Positions 47,912-57,082 of a DNA stretch of 64,000 nucleotides are shown piece after piece. The stretch is from a virus, in the IMG/VR virus record IMGVR_UViG_3300043411_000704, positions 16,257 to 80,256 of that record; one strand, written 5' to 3'. The position numbers and the translations under genes are program-made. The first letter of the stretch is position 1, and each line of letters begins with the position of its first letter. The notes under the pieces are model-generated. The model searched no databases. It saw only the letters and a list, made by a program, of their open reading frames with translations, and was not told the DNA's origin.

Positions 47912-49975
47912 TTTCTTCTGTAGTTCTATATATTGAGCTTCTAGTTTAGTATTCCATTCAATTGCTTTTTCAATCAGTGCATCTAATTGATTTTCTTTTG
48001 TTCTAATACCCATACCAGACGGTAATTCTTCATCTTTATTAGGTTCGGTCCAATCACCATTGGTCAAAACAATGGGTTCACATTGTCCATTAATGGCCGT
48101 TGCACCACCAAATTTTTCGACCGATGTGAAATTAGTTAGATCATTATGAACGGGATTAGGTAATACTGGTGTAACATAGTTATTCCTTGACCCTATTGCC
48201 CTTACTGCATCATGTGGTGTAAGAGGTTCACCACCCACAGTTTGTCCAACCGTAATATCAAATGGTGTGGTGGTTTCCACAAATTTAGTTGGGGGTAATT
48301 TATATACATGATGATGTGCATGAACCATCACCGAATTTTCGGCCAAAACTGAATATACAGGGAAACAACCTGCACAATCACCGCACTCAACTAAACAATA
48401 GCCTATTAAATGCCCAGCCAATATATCTGCATGAGTTGGGATCTTAGGCGGTTCAGATGTTTGACAAGGAAAATCTTTGTCAACCGTTGGATCAGCCGTT
48501 ACATTTGATCCAATACATGGACCACTTACTAGTGGTTGTATATCTTTACCATATTCAAAATCTGATTCTGTTATATGAAATTCTGATGGACAAGTCTGAC
48601 TATGAAATGACATATTTCCTTCCGCATGGAGTCCGCCTTTAATAATAGTGTTGCCTGTGATGCCTAGATTACCATCAATCAGAAGTTGTCCATCAATTTC
48701 GGTTTCCTCTTTAGAATTTAATGGTAATAATGCGGGTTCACCTTGTTCATCCTCAATAATTCTAGATATTTTATTAGGTCTTATTGAGATGATATCTGCG
48801 GATAAATCTATTCGTTCGGCTTTTAGACCAATATCTGCACTAGAATTGAGTTCATAATTCTCGGTCGTTACTGTCATCTGACTTGCATATTGCTCCAATG
48901 GACCAACAGTTTTTATCTCAATTCCATTAGCACCGACGATTAATCGGTATTCATCAGATGCAGTGACGTGATATTTGCCTCCCAACATACTATCGGGTGA
49001 AACAGTTTCTACCAATGTTGAAGGCACATATTGGGTATAAACGCTTTTACCTAACGGATCAATTTTAACACTTGCAGGCACTAGTTTTCCATGTGGATCT
49101 TTTCTAAAAGTTTCAAAATCATTGAATGCCAGTCCTACAACTTCTATTTTATCCTTTGCAGTTTTTATTATATTGGTCCCGCTATCTGGATGTTTGTTTT
49201 GCCCGCACTGGCATTCCACATCAAACAGTTGTTCCTGTATTTTAACCCGTTCTTCAACAATCTTATCCTTTTGGGTTTCTTTATCCCATTTACCATCTTG
49301 AGTAGATGGGCTTCTACCTAGTCCATAGGATGTAAAATCAGACCATCCAGCACTTGCCGCAACATCCTGATATTCGTCTACTGGTTGTTGTGTTATCTTA
49401 AATATTGTTCTATTAGGCCCTGCCTTAGTTGCACATTCGTATTCTACGGGTGTTTTTGTAACCAATACTTTGTTTATAATTTCGTCTGATGGATTGGGTG
49501 CAAATACACCAGATTTTTTTTGTTCTGGTGCTTGATCAATCGGATTATGGTTTTTAGTCCTACGAATTTCAAACAATCTTTTAATCGCATGAAGGGGTCT
49601 TAATAATTTTTTATATAATTCATGATATTTCTGTTGTTTATCAACATCTCCGATTTTGGTATATTGATTTCCATAGATCACCGTGTCCTTGTCTTTATCA
49701 ACAACCTCCACACTATTTCCATTGATTTGATTAAATGCATCACCTTGAGTTTGTTCTCTACGATCATTCATATTCAAATGATCGGTTGAAAATTTATTGA
49801 ACTTAATGAACGACCCATCTATATAAGAAATATGAAGCATTTCATCGTCCTTCGTTTCCACGAATTCGATTGAACCTGCGGGACTGTTGATTATTGATAA
49901 CCCTCTGGTTGGAAAATTATTAGCACTAGGTTCGTTATTTCTATCACCAGGATATGTTGGACTAGATTTCTGCAT
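47888..49975 (-). CDS. Baseplate spike/needle, gp5 C-terminal-like (beta-helix) protein
   Basis: GSIEFVETKDDEMLHISYIDGSFI resembles gp5 after the lysozyme domain; beta-helix-type repeats; HAHHH near the tip; late promoter. Confidence 0.65.
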   Translation of the reverse strand: MQKSSPTYPGDRNNEPSANNFPTRGLSIINSPAGSIEFVETKDDEMLHISYIDGSFIKFNKFSTDHLNMNDRREQTQGDAFNQINGNSVEVVDKDKDTVIYGNQYTKIGDVDKQQKYHELYKKLLRPLHAIKRLFEIRRTKNHNPIDQAPEQKKSGVFAPNPSDEIINKVLVTKTPVEYECATKAGPNRTIFKITQQPVDEYQDVAASAGWSDFTSYGLGRSPSTQDGKWDKETQKDKIVEERVKIQEQLFDVECQCGQNKHPDSGTNIIKTAKDKIEVVGLAFNDFETFRKDPHGKLVPASVKIDPLGKSVYTQYVPSTLVETVSPDSMLGGKYHVTASDEYRLIVGANGIEIKTVGPLEQYASQMTVTTENYELNSSADIGLKAERIDLSADIISIRPNKISRIIEDEQGEPALLPLNSKEETEIDGQLLIDGNLGITGNTIIKGGLHAEGNMSFHSQTCPSEFHITESDFEYGKDIQPLVSGPCIGSNVTADPTVDKDFPCQTSEPPKIPTHADILAGHLIGYCLVECGDCAGCFPVYSVLAENSVMVHAHHHVYKLPPTKFVETTTPFDITVGQTVGGEPLTPHDAVRAIGSRNNYVTPVLPNPVHNDLTNFTSVEKFGGATAINGQCEPIVLTNGDWTEPNKDEELPSGMGIRTKENQLDALIEKAIEWNTKLEAQYIELQKKLDNIASV

Positions 49976-49992
49976 TTTCTTCTATTTAAAGG

Positions 49993-50020
49993 TTGAATGT
50001 ATTAATTTTGGTGTTATAAT
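49993..50020 (+). promoter_or_regulatory. Sigma70-type promoter
   Basis: TTGAAT-N16-TATAAT with extended TG, 6 nt before the ATG at 50027. Confidence 0.7.
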
Positions 50021-50026
50021 ATGTTT

Positions 50027-50539
50027 ATGAAAAAAGAATTAAAAGAAGGTGATATTGTCGAAGGTTTTGGGTTTGATCCAACTCCATTATCACTATATGA
50101 TAAGATCTATATCAAAGTTAAATTCGGTTGGAAAGACTTCATTTATTGGTGGAAAAAGCAATACCAGAAAATTAGATATGGGTTCTCATTAGAAGAATCT
50201 TGGGACTTTCATTCTGCACTATGTAAATGGTCATTGCCAAGACTCAGACACTTGAAGAATAATATGCAAGGCCATCCTATGGAATTAACATCAGATGAAT
50301 GGTCACAAGTATTGACCGATATTATTTGGTCTATGGAAAACCATGATGAAACTGTTATGCCTATATATCCAACTAATTATGACCATCACCAACGAGTTGT
50401 GAAATATAATGATTTTGGAATCTCGTTTGAAAATGTTGATAAACGACCCCTAGATTGGACTCCTGTGACTGAACATGCAGAAAGAGTTCAAAAAGGATTT
50501 GACTTATTGGGTAAATGGATGTTACATTTATGGGATTAA
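50027..50539 (+). CDS. Hypothetical phage protein
   Basis: ESWDF...LPRLRHLK...W..VL.DIIWS...GFDLLGKWMLHLWD. Confidence 0.8.
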   Translation: MKKELKEGDIVEGFGFDPTPLSLYDKIYIKVKFGWKDFIYWWKKQYQKIRYGFSLEESWDFHSALCKWSLPRLRHLKNNMQGHPMELTSDEWSQVLTDIIWSMENHDETVMPIYPTNYDHHQRVVKYNDFGISFENVDKRPLDWTPVTEHAERVQKGFDLLGKWMLHLWD

Positions 50540-50543
50540 AAAT

Positions 50544-50777
50544 ATGAAGAGAACGGAAAATAAAACAAACATTTTGATTATTAAAGCTGAACGATTTCCA
50601 GATACTTGGGAATATTACAATTTTGGAAAATACAAACTTAATAAAAAAGAATTGCTTAAATGGTTTTCTGATAATGAAGAGGCGGTGGGCAATAAATGGT
50701 GGATCATGAGTAACGATTATGAATGGCTTTCATTGGAAAACATAGACTTGGCCTCCGAATTTGATAAATTGTTATGA
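50544..50777 (+). CDS. Hypothetical protein
   Basis: Start MKRTE after the upstream stop. Confidence 0.6.
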   Translation: MKRTENKTNILIIKAERFPDTWEYYNFGKYKLNKKELLKWFSDNEEAVGNKWWIMSNDYEWLSLENIDLASEFDKLL

Positions 50778-51101
50778 ATGAAACTGAAGAAGAATATTGG
50801 GCTAGATATAAAGACGAACAAAACCGTCGCCAACCATTTATGATTTCGAAGCCGCATGGAAGTATACAAGTGGTTGTGGTCCAGAAAAACGAATTGTTTA
50901 TAAAATAGTATGAAAAAGTTTAAACAACAGATAAAACGGAAAGAAGAAAAATTTTCCATGGGATATCGAGATACCTATATTTTTAATTGCGGTTATGTAG
51001 AAGCATTAAAAACCAATAAGTTGATAACCAATCAACAATATGAAAAATACATGGACCAATTGACTAGAATTTGTAACTATACCTGAACATCGTGAAACGT
51101 T

Positions 51102-51365
51102 ATGAAAATTCTTAATTATCTAGGCATTTATAAAATGAGGGTCAAATGGATCTGTCGATTAACACCACAACAGATACAGGGATATAAATCATCATTTAAA
51201 TTATTTTTCCCATATAAAACTTTTGTTGAACTTGATGATAAAATTCGAACACAATGGTGTTTAACATTTTTTAAAAATCCTAGAGATGTTGCCATATCAT
51301 GGAATCAATTCTTTAATAGGAATTTGAATAAAACACATCTATGTGTAACCGCATGGTATAACTAA
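51102..51365 (+). CDS. Hypothetical protein
   Basis: 87-aa ORF. Confidence 0.5.
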   Translation: MKILNYLGIYKMRVKWICRLTPQQIQGYKSSFKLFFPYKTFVELDDKIRTQWCLTFFKNPRDVAISWNQFFNRNLNKTHLCVTAWYN

Positions 51366-52843
51366 GATTCCTGAACATCATGAATTCCCATAAAGTCTTC
51401 TTGGTTGTAGAACACACCATCAACTACCGGGAATAGTGGATCACCGTTCTCAAAATAGACGCTCACATGGCTACCCACCGCTGGAATACTGAGCATTCCT
51501 TTAACTTTATCCCCCTGTGTTGAACTTCTAAGTTCTTGGGGATTTTTATCAGGAATCTGTGTATTTGGGTTCTTTGTTTTTTTAGGATCGGTTTGTGAAT
51601 CTGGTTCAGTTTTTTGGGTCTGCCTAAAAATAGACATTGGGTTACTTCCACCAAAAATACTTTTTTTGATCGCATTAAAAGGTAATATATTGGAATAACT
51701 CAGGGTATTCATTTCTGCCCCACTGCCACCAGCATTATAGGTTGGCTGTGATATTATTTGGGGCGGAATTATAGGATTTCCCATAATTTGGGTAGGCACA
51801 GCCGTATATTCTGCAAACAATGATGAAAGTCCACCTAATCTAGTGCTGTTGAAATCTATAGGACTACTGGCATCTACTGGAGTAATAACGATATTTTTTA
51901 TATCAGACGAATCAATAGATATATGAGTATCCTTGCGAACAGTTGCACCGGTCGAATCAGTGGTGTATATATCTTTAGACACAATTTTTCCATCTTTATA
52001 AACTACTAATTCTGCACGGGTTGTAAATTTCCGAGGCTTGATCACACCGGTTGTAATCGGAACAAAACTTATTTCTATAGGTGTTTTGGAAGTCACGGTT
52101 TTATTTGTCGGCAGATCATATGTAATCGGTGGTAAAATAACCAGTGGTATATTTGATGTTGATGAATATGTATTAACTTGTTTGGTTCCAGATTCATCTA
52201 TAAAACCTGTGACTGATCCTGTTGAATCAGTGATCGAAAAGGAGGAATTGAATAAACGAGTTCTGTTATTGATGCCCACAAATTTAGGATCGACATAAGA
52301 TATGGTGACTCCCACAATATTATCAGACTTAACATCAGTAGACACTGGAACGGCTGATATAGGATTTGATGTGGTGGCCGTGCTGTTACGGACATAATCA
52401 GGTAATGTTGGTGTATAGGTGGATTGAACATCTGGTGATACACTACTATCAGCTTTCAGTGCATCAAGTAGGGTGGTTGTATTATCCGTTTCTGGTAGAG
52501 TTTTATTGATATCCGTATGTTGTTTGGCCGTATCCGAATCATTTTTAGATTCTGAAAAATTTCGATCATTATGATACGTCAAACTAGAACCCATACCAAA
52601 GATTGGATATTTTATAATATTCCAGGGAAGACAGTCCTTCAATCTCTGAATCAATTCGGGTGTTAATGATGAATCAAGGTTGTCACCTAATCCAGTAAAT
52701 TTCTTATCCTGATCTCTGTTTTTAGTAAATCCTTCTAATAGTGCAGCATTAACTTCTGGAACGAACGTTTTTATTCGGCCTGATTGCTCAGGATCGTCAT
52801 TCTGGATCACCAATCCCTTGTATCTACCTGTATACTTGATCAT
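51362..52843 (-). CDS. Baseplate hub gp5 N-terminal OB-fold protein with large insertion
   Basis: YKGLVIQNDDPEQSGRIK...LPW at the N-terminus and IPAVGSHVSVYFENGDPLFPV at the C-terminus are gp5/VgrG OB-fold motifs. Confidence 0.8.
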   Translation of the reverse strand: MIKYTGRYKGLVIQNDDPEQSGRIKTFVPEVNAALLEGFTKNRDQDKKFTGLGDNLDSSLTPELIQRLKDCLPWNIIKYPIFGMGSSLTYHNDRNFSESKNDSDTAKQHTDINKTLPETDNTTTLLDALKADSSVSPDVQSTYTPTLPDYVRNSTATTSNPISAVPVSTDVKSDNIVGVTISYVDPKFVGINNRTRLFNSSFSITDSTGSVTGFIDESGTKQVNTYSSTSNIPLVILPPITYDLPTNKTVTSKTPIEISFVPITTGVIKPRKFTTRAELVVYKDGKIVSKDIYTTDSTGATVRKDTHISIDSSDIKNIVITPVDASSPIDFNSTRLGGLSSLFAEYTAVPTQIMGNPIIPPQIISQPTYNAGGSGAEMNTLSYSNILPFNAIKKSIFGGSNPMSIFRQTQKTEPDSQTDPKKTKNPNTQIPDKNPQELRSSTQGDKVKGMLSIPAVGSHVSVYFENGDPLFPVVDGVFYNQEDFMGIHDVQES

Positions 52844-52853
52844 TATCAGTTAT

Positions 52854-53822
52854 TTAAGCTATTTGAACCACATCATCTGCTTTTGCAACAGGTGTTGGAA
52901 CATGTCGGGTCATAGGACGATTAAGCCTATCCACAATAGATGTTCCATTTTCAGTCTGAATATCAAAGTATTGAGGTTCAAGTTTTATCTGGTAATCAAC
53001 CGGGAAGTAGGCGTCCAGCAATTGTAGCGTCGGTCCAAATCTTTGTGCAGATTTTACTAAACATGGGGCCACAGATTTTTTATTTCTTTCGCTGTTCAAA
53101 ACATCCATTGCACCTGGATAACCATGACTGGCCGATGTATTGGAATCATTTAATAAAATAGCATTATTTCCCTCTGGACGTTGGGCTCGCAAAAACAAAC
53201 AATTTACTAATGATGTTGATATATCAATTTGGTGCCCAACATTTTTAAACATTTTAGTATCCACATTTCTCCTTAGTGGATAATCAGTGCTCATCATATT
53301 TTTACCATCAATTTCTATTCTTTTTAACGGATGAATATCTTTAGAAGTTAATACGATTTGGCCCAGACTTCCTACTTGTTCGGAAATTTGTTGAAAGTGT
53401 GGAAATTTTCCTATATTATTTTGGATATATGCATTAACCGATGGATGAATTGCTTGTGCTCTTGAGATAAATTCTCTATACATCGGAATATCCATATCAT
53501 TTGCCGTCACCGTATTTTGTCTACCTATGGTAGAATTATTGGAAATAGAATTCAGGACGTTTAAGGCAGTTTTTACTTGATTGCTGATTCCTTTATTTTG
53601 TTTATCACTATATAAGGACAACAAGGACAGTAATAGATTGGCAACCGCACTGTTGGTTCCTACCCAAACACCGTGCATTTCAGATATTAATTGTAATACT
53701 TGTTCTAAAGGTTTTTGAGAGTGTTGGGTTGCATGGCGGAATTCGTCAAAAACCGTGAGTTTTTTACGTTCTCCAGACGGAATCGCATATAAGTTTTTGA
53801 CAAAATCTTCTTTAACCACCAT
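52854..53822 (-). CDS. Hypothetical late (probably structural) protein
   Basis: TAAATA 6 nt upstream; lies in the baseplate block. Confidence 0.7.
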   Translation of the reverse strand: MVVKEDFVKNLYAIPSGERKKLTVFDEFRHATQHSQKPLEQVLQLISEMHGVWVGTNSAVANLLLSLLSLYSDKQNKGISNQVKTALNVLNSISNNSTIGRQNTVTANDMDIPMYREFISRAQAIHPSVNAYIQNNIGKFPHFQQISEQVGSLGQIVLTSKDIHPLKRIEIDGKNMMSTDYPLRRNVDTKMFKNVGHQIDISTSLVNCLFLRAQRPEGNNAILLNDSNTSASHGYPGAMDVLNSERNKKSVAPCLVKSAQRFGPTLQLLDAYFPVDYQIKLEPQYFDIQTENGTSIVDRLNRPMTRHVPTPVAKADDVVQIA

Positions 53823-53838
53823 TTTGTTTATTTAACTC

Positions 53839-53867
53839 TTGACTTATGTATCATCGAATAGTAATAT
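53839..53867 (+). promoter_or_regulatory. Sigma70-like promoter
   Basis: TTGACT-N17-TAATAT, 5 nt before the ATG at 53873. Confidence 0.55.
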
Positions 53868-53872
53868 TGGAT

Positions 53873-54166
53873 ATGCAAGACCATACTAAACAACATCTGT
53901 TGAAAATTATTGATTTACTGTATAATGAATGCAAACGTTCTGGTGGAGATGGTGATGCAATTTGGTTTATAAAATATTATAAATTAGAAGATATAATACC
54001 TTTAGTCGAAGAGTATAATTCAAAATTAAAATTCCCATTCACTTTCCAAAAAATATCCGATAAAACTATGAATTGGGGAGATAATCAAGAATGGGTGACA
54101 TTTACCACTGACGAAGAGATTTACAATAATTTACCTGGATGGGAACAGATGGTAATTAAGAACTAA
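53873..54166 (+). CDS. Hypothetical protein inserted on the opposite strand in the baseplate block
   Basis: MQDHTKQ...SGGDGDA. Confidence 0.7.
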   Translation: MQDHTKQHLLKIIDLLYNECKRSGGDGDAIWFIKYYKLEDIIPLVEEYNSKLKFPFTFQKISDKTMNWGDNQEWVTFTTDEEIYNNLPGWEQMVIKN

Positions 54167-55724
54167 TTATAGGAACATCTTCACCATCCTGCATTCTATT
54201 AATTTCTTGATAGGTATGAACTTTTACGCCTATTAATTCGGTAGAATATGAGCGGTTAGATGTAGAAAAATTATGGATTACTGATGTCAGAAAATACTGC
54301 CCTTCCAATTTCGAGTCATGTTCTTGATCATTTTGGGTTTGTTTACTGAGTCCAAAAAAACGTCCGGGGTTACGATGTGTTAATCCTCTAAGTTGCAAAG
54401 AAATGCACAAGTTTGTAAACAAATAATGTTGTAGTATTTTATTCCGTCCTTCAACCAACCGTTGTTTATCGTTATAATACGGGGAATATACATAATCAGT
54501 ATTATATCCTTCCTTAATATATCTAGTTACGGGTAATCTATCATCAGACTCTTGTGTCAATATATTAGGTGCCACACTGTTCTTATAAAACTCTTTATAT
54601 TTTTCAGACACATGTTCTTTTGATTCGATATTAAACTGTCCCTTTTTTTGGTTGTATGATACGATCACTTTATTAGACAAATTAATTGCATAATCTAAAC
54701 CTGACATGTCAATTAATTGATAATTTGAGGTCTTAGTATAATTATCAGCCTTGACCTCTCCTTCAAACGAATTTTTACCCAACGGTGCTTTAGGTATAAT
54801 CACATCAAATTCATTACTGTTTGATGTTTGTGATCCTTCTTCTAGGAAAATATGTTCTATCTGATATTCCCCAGGAGTAGTCGCCTCTTTACCTGCTTTT
54901 TCAAAATATTTTTTAAACGGTAATAAAGAAAACTGTTTAGGTTGTCCTGTTTCTGCCCGTTCTAATTTCAAAATACATGGTTGAAATTGATTTGATTCGG
55001 ACGATGTATGACGATCATGAATATAGTTCAGGTCTTCAATAAAGCGCGTATTGGTTGCTGATGTATAAAATATTTTATTTTGTGGATCACCTTTATCCCA
55101 AAATTCTTCATCGTCTACTAGTTCCGCATGTTTTGAAAAATCTGTATCCGATTTTAATAATTCTGCAAGTGCTTCTCCAGTCTTCAGTGACCGATCTTCG
55201 TTGTTTAATTTATGTATATTAGACTTACCCTTGTTTTCACCTGTGTTGGCAGTCGTAAATTCCACGTTTTTTTCCTGCATTAACTGATAAAGTTTTTCAT
55301 GAAAATATAAAACCTTAGATTTTTTGGACATGTCAGTATGTTGATTATCCTTTACATCGTAAATAACAGCTTCCAATTCAATTCTCCATCTTTTTTCTTC
55401 AAATTCTCCAAAATCAATTTCCAAGTCTTCTTTTTTTGGCAAGACCGAGATGAAAAGGGTGTCACGACCATCATTACGGAATTTATAAATGACTTTTGTA
55501 TTATCTGCCGCAATGAGTGCCACTTCAGCAGAACTTCTTTCTAATGAATCGAACGGCGAACTTATTTCAATAGAACCGCGCATCCACCATTCAAATATAT
55601 CCTCCTCAATATACAGGTTGTCCCATCCTTCAGGTCTTAGTTCCACCTCATTTATACCATTTTTTAACACTATTTTAAAATAGTAATCGTGCTGGTTGAA
55701 TGAATAAATTGAAGTATCTGCCAC
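54156..55724 (-). CDS. Baseplate hub protein (gp27-like)
   Basis: LYIEEDIF...GSI at the N-terminus; GLTHRNPGRFF...LEGQYFLTSVIHNF at the C-terminus. Confidence 0.7.
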   Translation of the reverse strand: MADTSIYSFNQHDYYFKIVLKNGINEVELRPEGWDNLYIEEDIFEWWMRGSIEISSPFDSLERSSAEVALIAADNTKVIYKFRNDGRDTLFISVLPKKEDLEIDFGEFEEKRWRIELEAVIYDVKDNQHTDMSKKSKVLYFHEKLYQLMQEKNVEFTTANTGENKGKSNIHKLNNEDRSLKTGEALAELLKSDTDFSKHAELVDDEEFWDKGDPQNKIFYTSATNTRFIEDLNYIHDRHTSSESNQFQPCILKLERAETGQPKQFSLLPFKKYFEKAGKEATTPGEYQIEHIFLEEGSQTSNSNEFDVIIPKAPLGKNSFEGEVKADNYTKTSNYQLIDMSGLDYAINLSNKVIVSYNQKKGQFNIESKEHVSEKYKEFYKNSVAPNILTQESDDRLPVTRYIKEGYNTDYVYSPYYNDKQRLVEGRNKILQHYLFTNLCISLQLRGLTHRNPGRFFGLSKQTQNDQEHDSKLEGQYFLTSVIHNFSTSNRSYSTELIGVKVHTYQEINRMQDGEDVPIISS

Positions 55725-55738
55725 TTTTGATATTTATG

Positions 55739-56056
55739 TTATAAACTAGCTAATATTTGTGAAATAACTGGTTGTTTTAGTATTTTCAATTTTGTCCCAG
55801 GTTGTATATCATCAAACGGATTGATGATATTATTTGCAATCAATATGACCCACCATAATCTAGTGGTGTTATAATATTGATATGAAAGATGGTAAAAATT
55901 ATCGGTGATAGACCACGGATGTTCAGTATATAAAGTTGGATCTATATCACCTTCAATATTAATTGATTGAAAAAGATTATAGAACTCTAGTCCGTCTTCA
56001 TCTGTATACACATCGAAGATGTTTGCAAGGTCAAATTGATGTAATGTATTAGCCAT
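55739..56056 (-). CDS. Baseplate wedge LysM-domain protein (gp53-like)
   Basis: LSYQYYNTTRLWWVILIANNIINPF...GTKLKI. Confidence 0.85.
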   Translation of the reverse strand: MANTLHQFDLANIFDVYTDEDGLEFYNLFQSINIEGDIDPTLYTEHPWSITDNFYHLSYQYYNTTRLWWVILIANNIINPFDDIQPGTKLKILKQPVISQILASL

Positions 56057-57069
56057 TAGGTTCGTGGTCTATTATTTTGACTCAATACAAATTCACCTGC
56101 ACTTCTAAGTGAAGGATTTTCTGCAATAAATTGTTCTAAACTATCAACAGCCTGTATTCTCTCACCTGTATCTAATCCATTCATAATATTTCGTGTATCC
56201 ATCAACAATGAAGTAAACGTCATGTTAAATCTATATGCTTCGGGAATTATTCGTTTGACTCCATCACCATATAGTTGCATCTGATAGGTATTTCCTAAAT
56301 TAGTTATTTCCAAAGAAGAAACATAACATGCAGGCATAGAAATAATATCTGGTATGTGCATATCATATATTACTGGCGGGTCTACAATAAATGCGGACCT
56401 ACGAGCCGGACTATTTTGATATGCCAAAATATATGCTAAATTTCTATTGTTTGCAATATCCTCTACTGTTCCGGTATTGAATAAATCAAACGTGACGGAA
56501 AAAGTAGGAGGAGTTGAATTTACCCAACTTTGCGGATTTTCTAAATTTATTTTTCCTGGTAAAAGAGTGTTTAAAATACCAACCGCAGTTTCTGTTCCGG
56601 CCAAAATTTTTCCCAGAAAACCCATACCGCTAGTCTTACCACGAATTGCGGCAAGAGATGCGGAATTATTTGCCAGTTCAATCAAATTGTTGAACGGGTT
56701 TTCATTATCTCCATACCCAAAGTCATTTGTTTTTGAATGTTTTTTTGGATTGAAATATGGAATTTTATAGGTAAATCCAGTGGGTTCTGCAAAATATTTG
56801 TATTTGTATATACTACGATCATCCGCCGCACCTCCAATAAGACTGTCCGTTCCATTAACAATATTATCTGCAGCCTTAGTATAAAATATAGCAGCACTTA
56901 TCAACTGACCTACGTTTTGTTGATATTCGGTTAGATATATACATGGAACATTCACTCTACCTGATTGCGGTGTTTTAGTCCAGGCCATGCGAGTTACATC
57001 CACAGCAGAATCCCCAGTAGGAACAAGAAACCTACTAGATTTATCAGACTGTTTATATGTTATTGCCAC
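56056..57069 (-). CDS. Baseplate/tail-tube cap protein (gp48-like)
   Basis: FSVTFDLFN...PPVIYDM...ACYVSSLEIT...PEAYRFNMTFTSL, a tail-tube-like fold; position next to the tape measure. Confidence 0.6.
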   Translation of the reverse strand: MAITYKQSDKSSRFLVPTGDSAVDVTRMAWTKTPQSGRVNVPCIYLTEYQQNVGQLISAAIFYTKAADNIVNGTDSLIGGAADDRSIYKYKYFAEPTGFTYKIPYFNPKKHSKTNDFGYGDNENPFNNLIELANNSASLAAIRGKTSGMGFLGKILAGTETAVGILNTLLPGKINLENPQSWVNSTPPTFSVTFDLFNTGTVEDIANNRNLAYILAYQNSPARRSAFIVDPPVIYDMHIPDIISMPACYVSSLEITNLGNTYQMQLYGDGVKRIIPEAYRFNMTFTSLLMDTRNIMNGLDTGERIQAVDSLEQFIAENPSLRSAGEFVLSQNNRPRT

Positions 57070-57082
57070 AACAGTTATTTAA

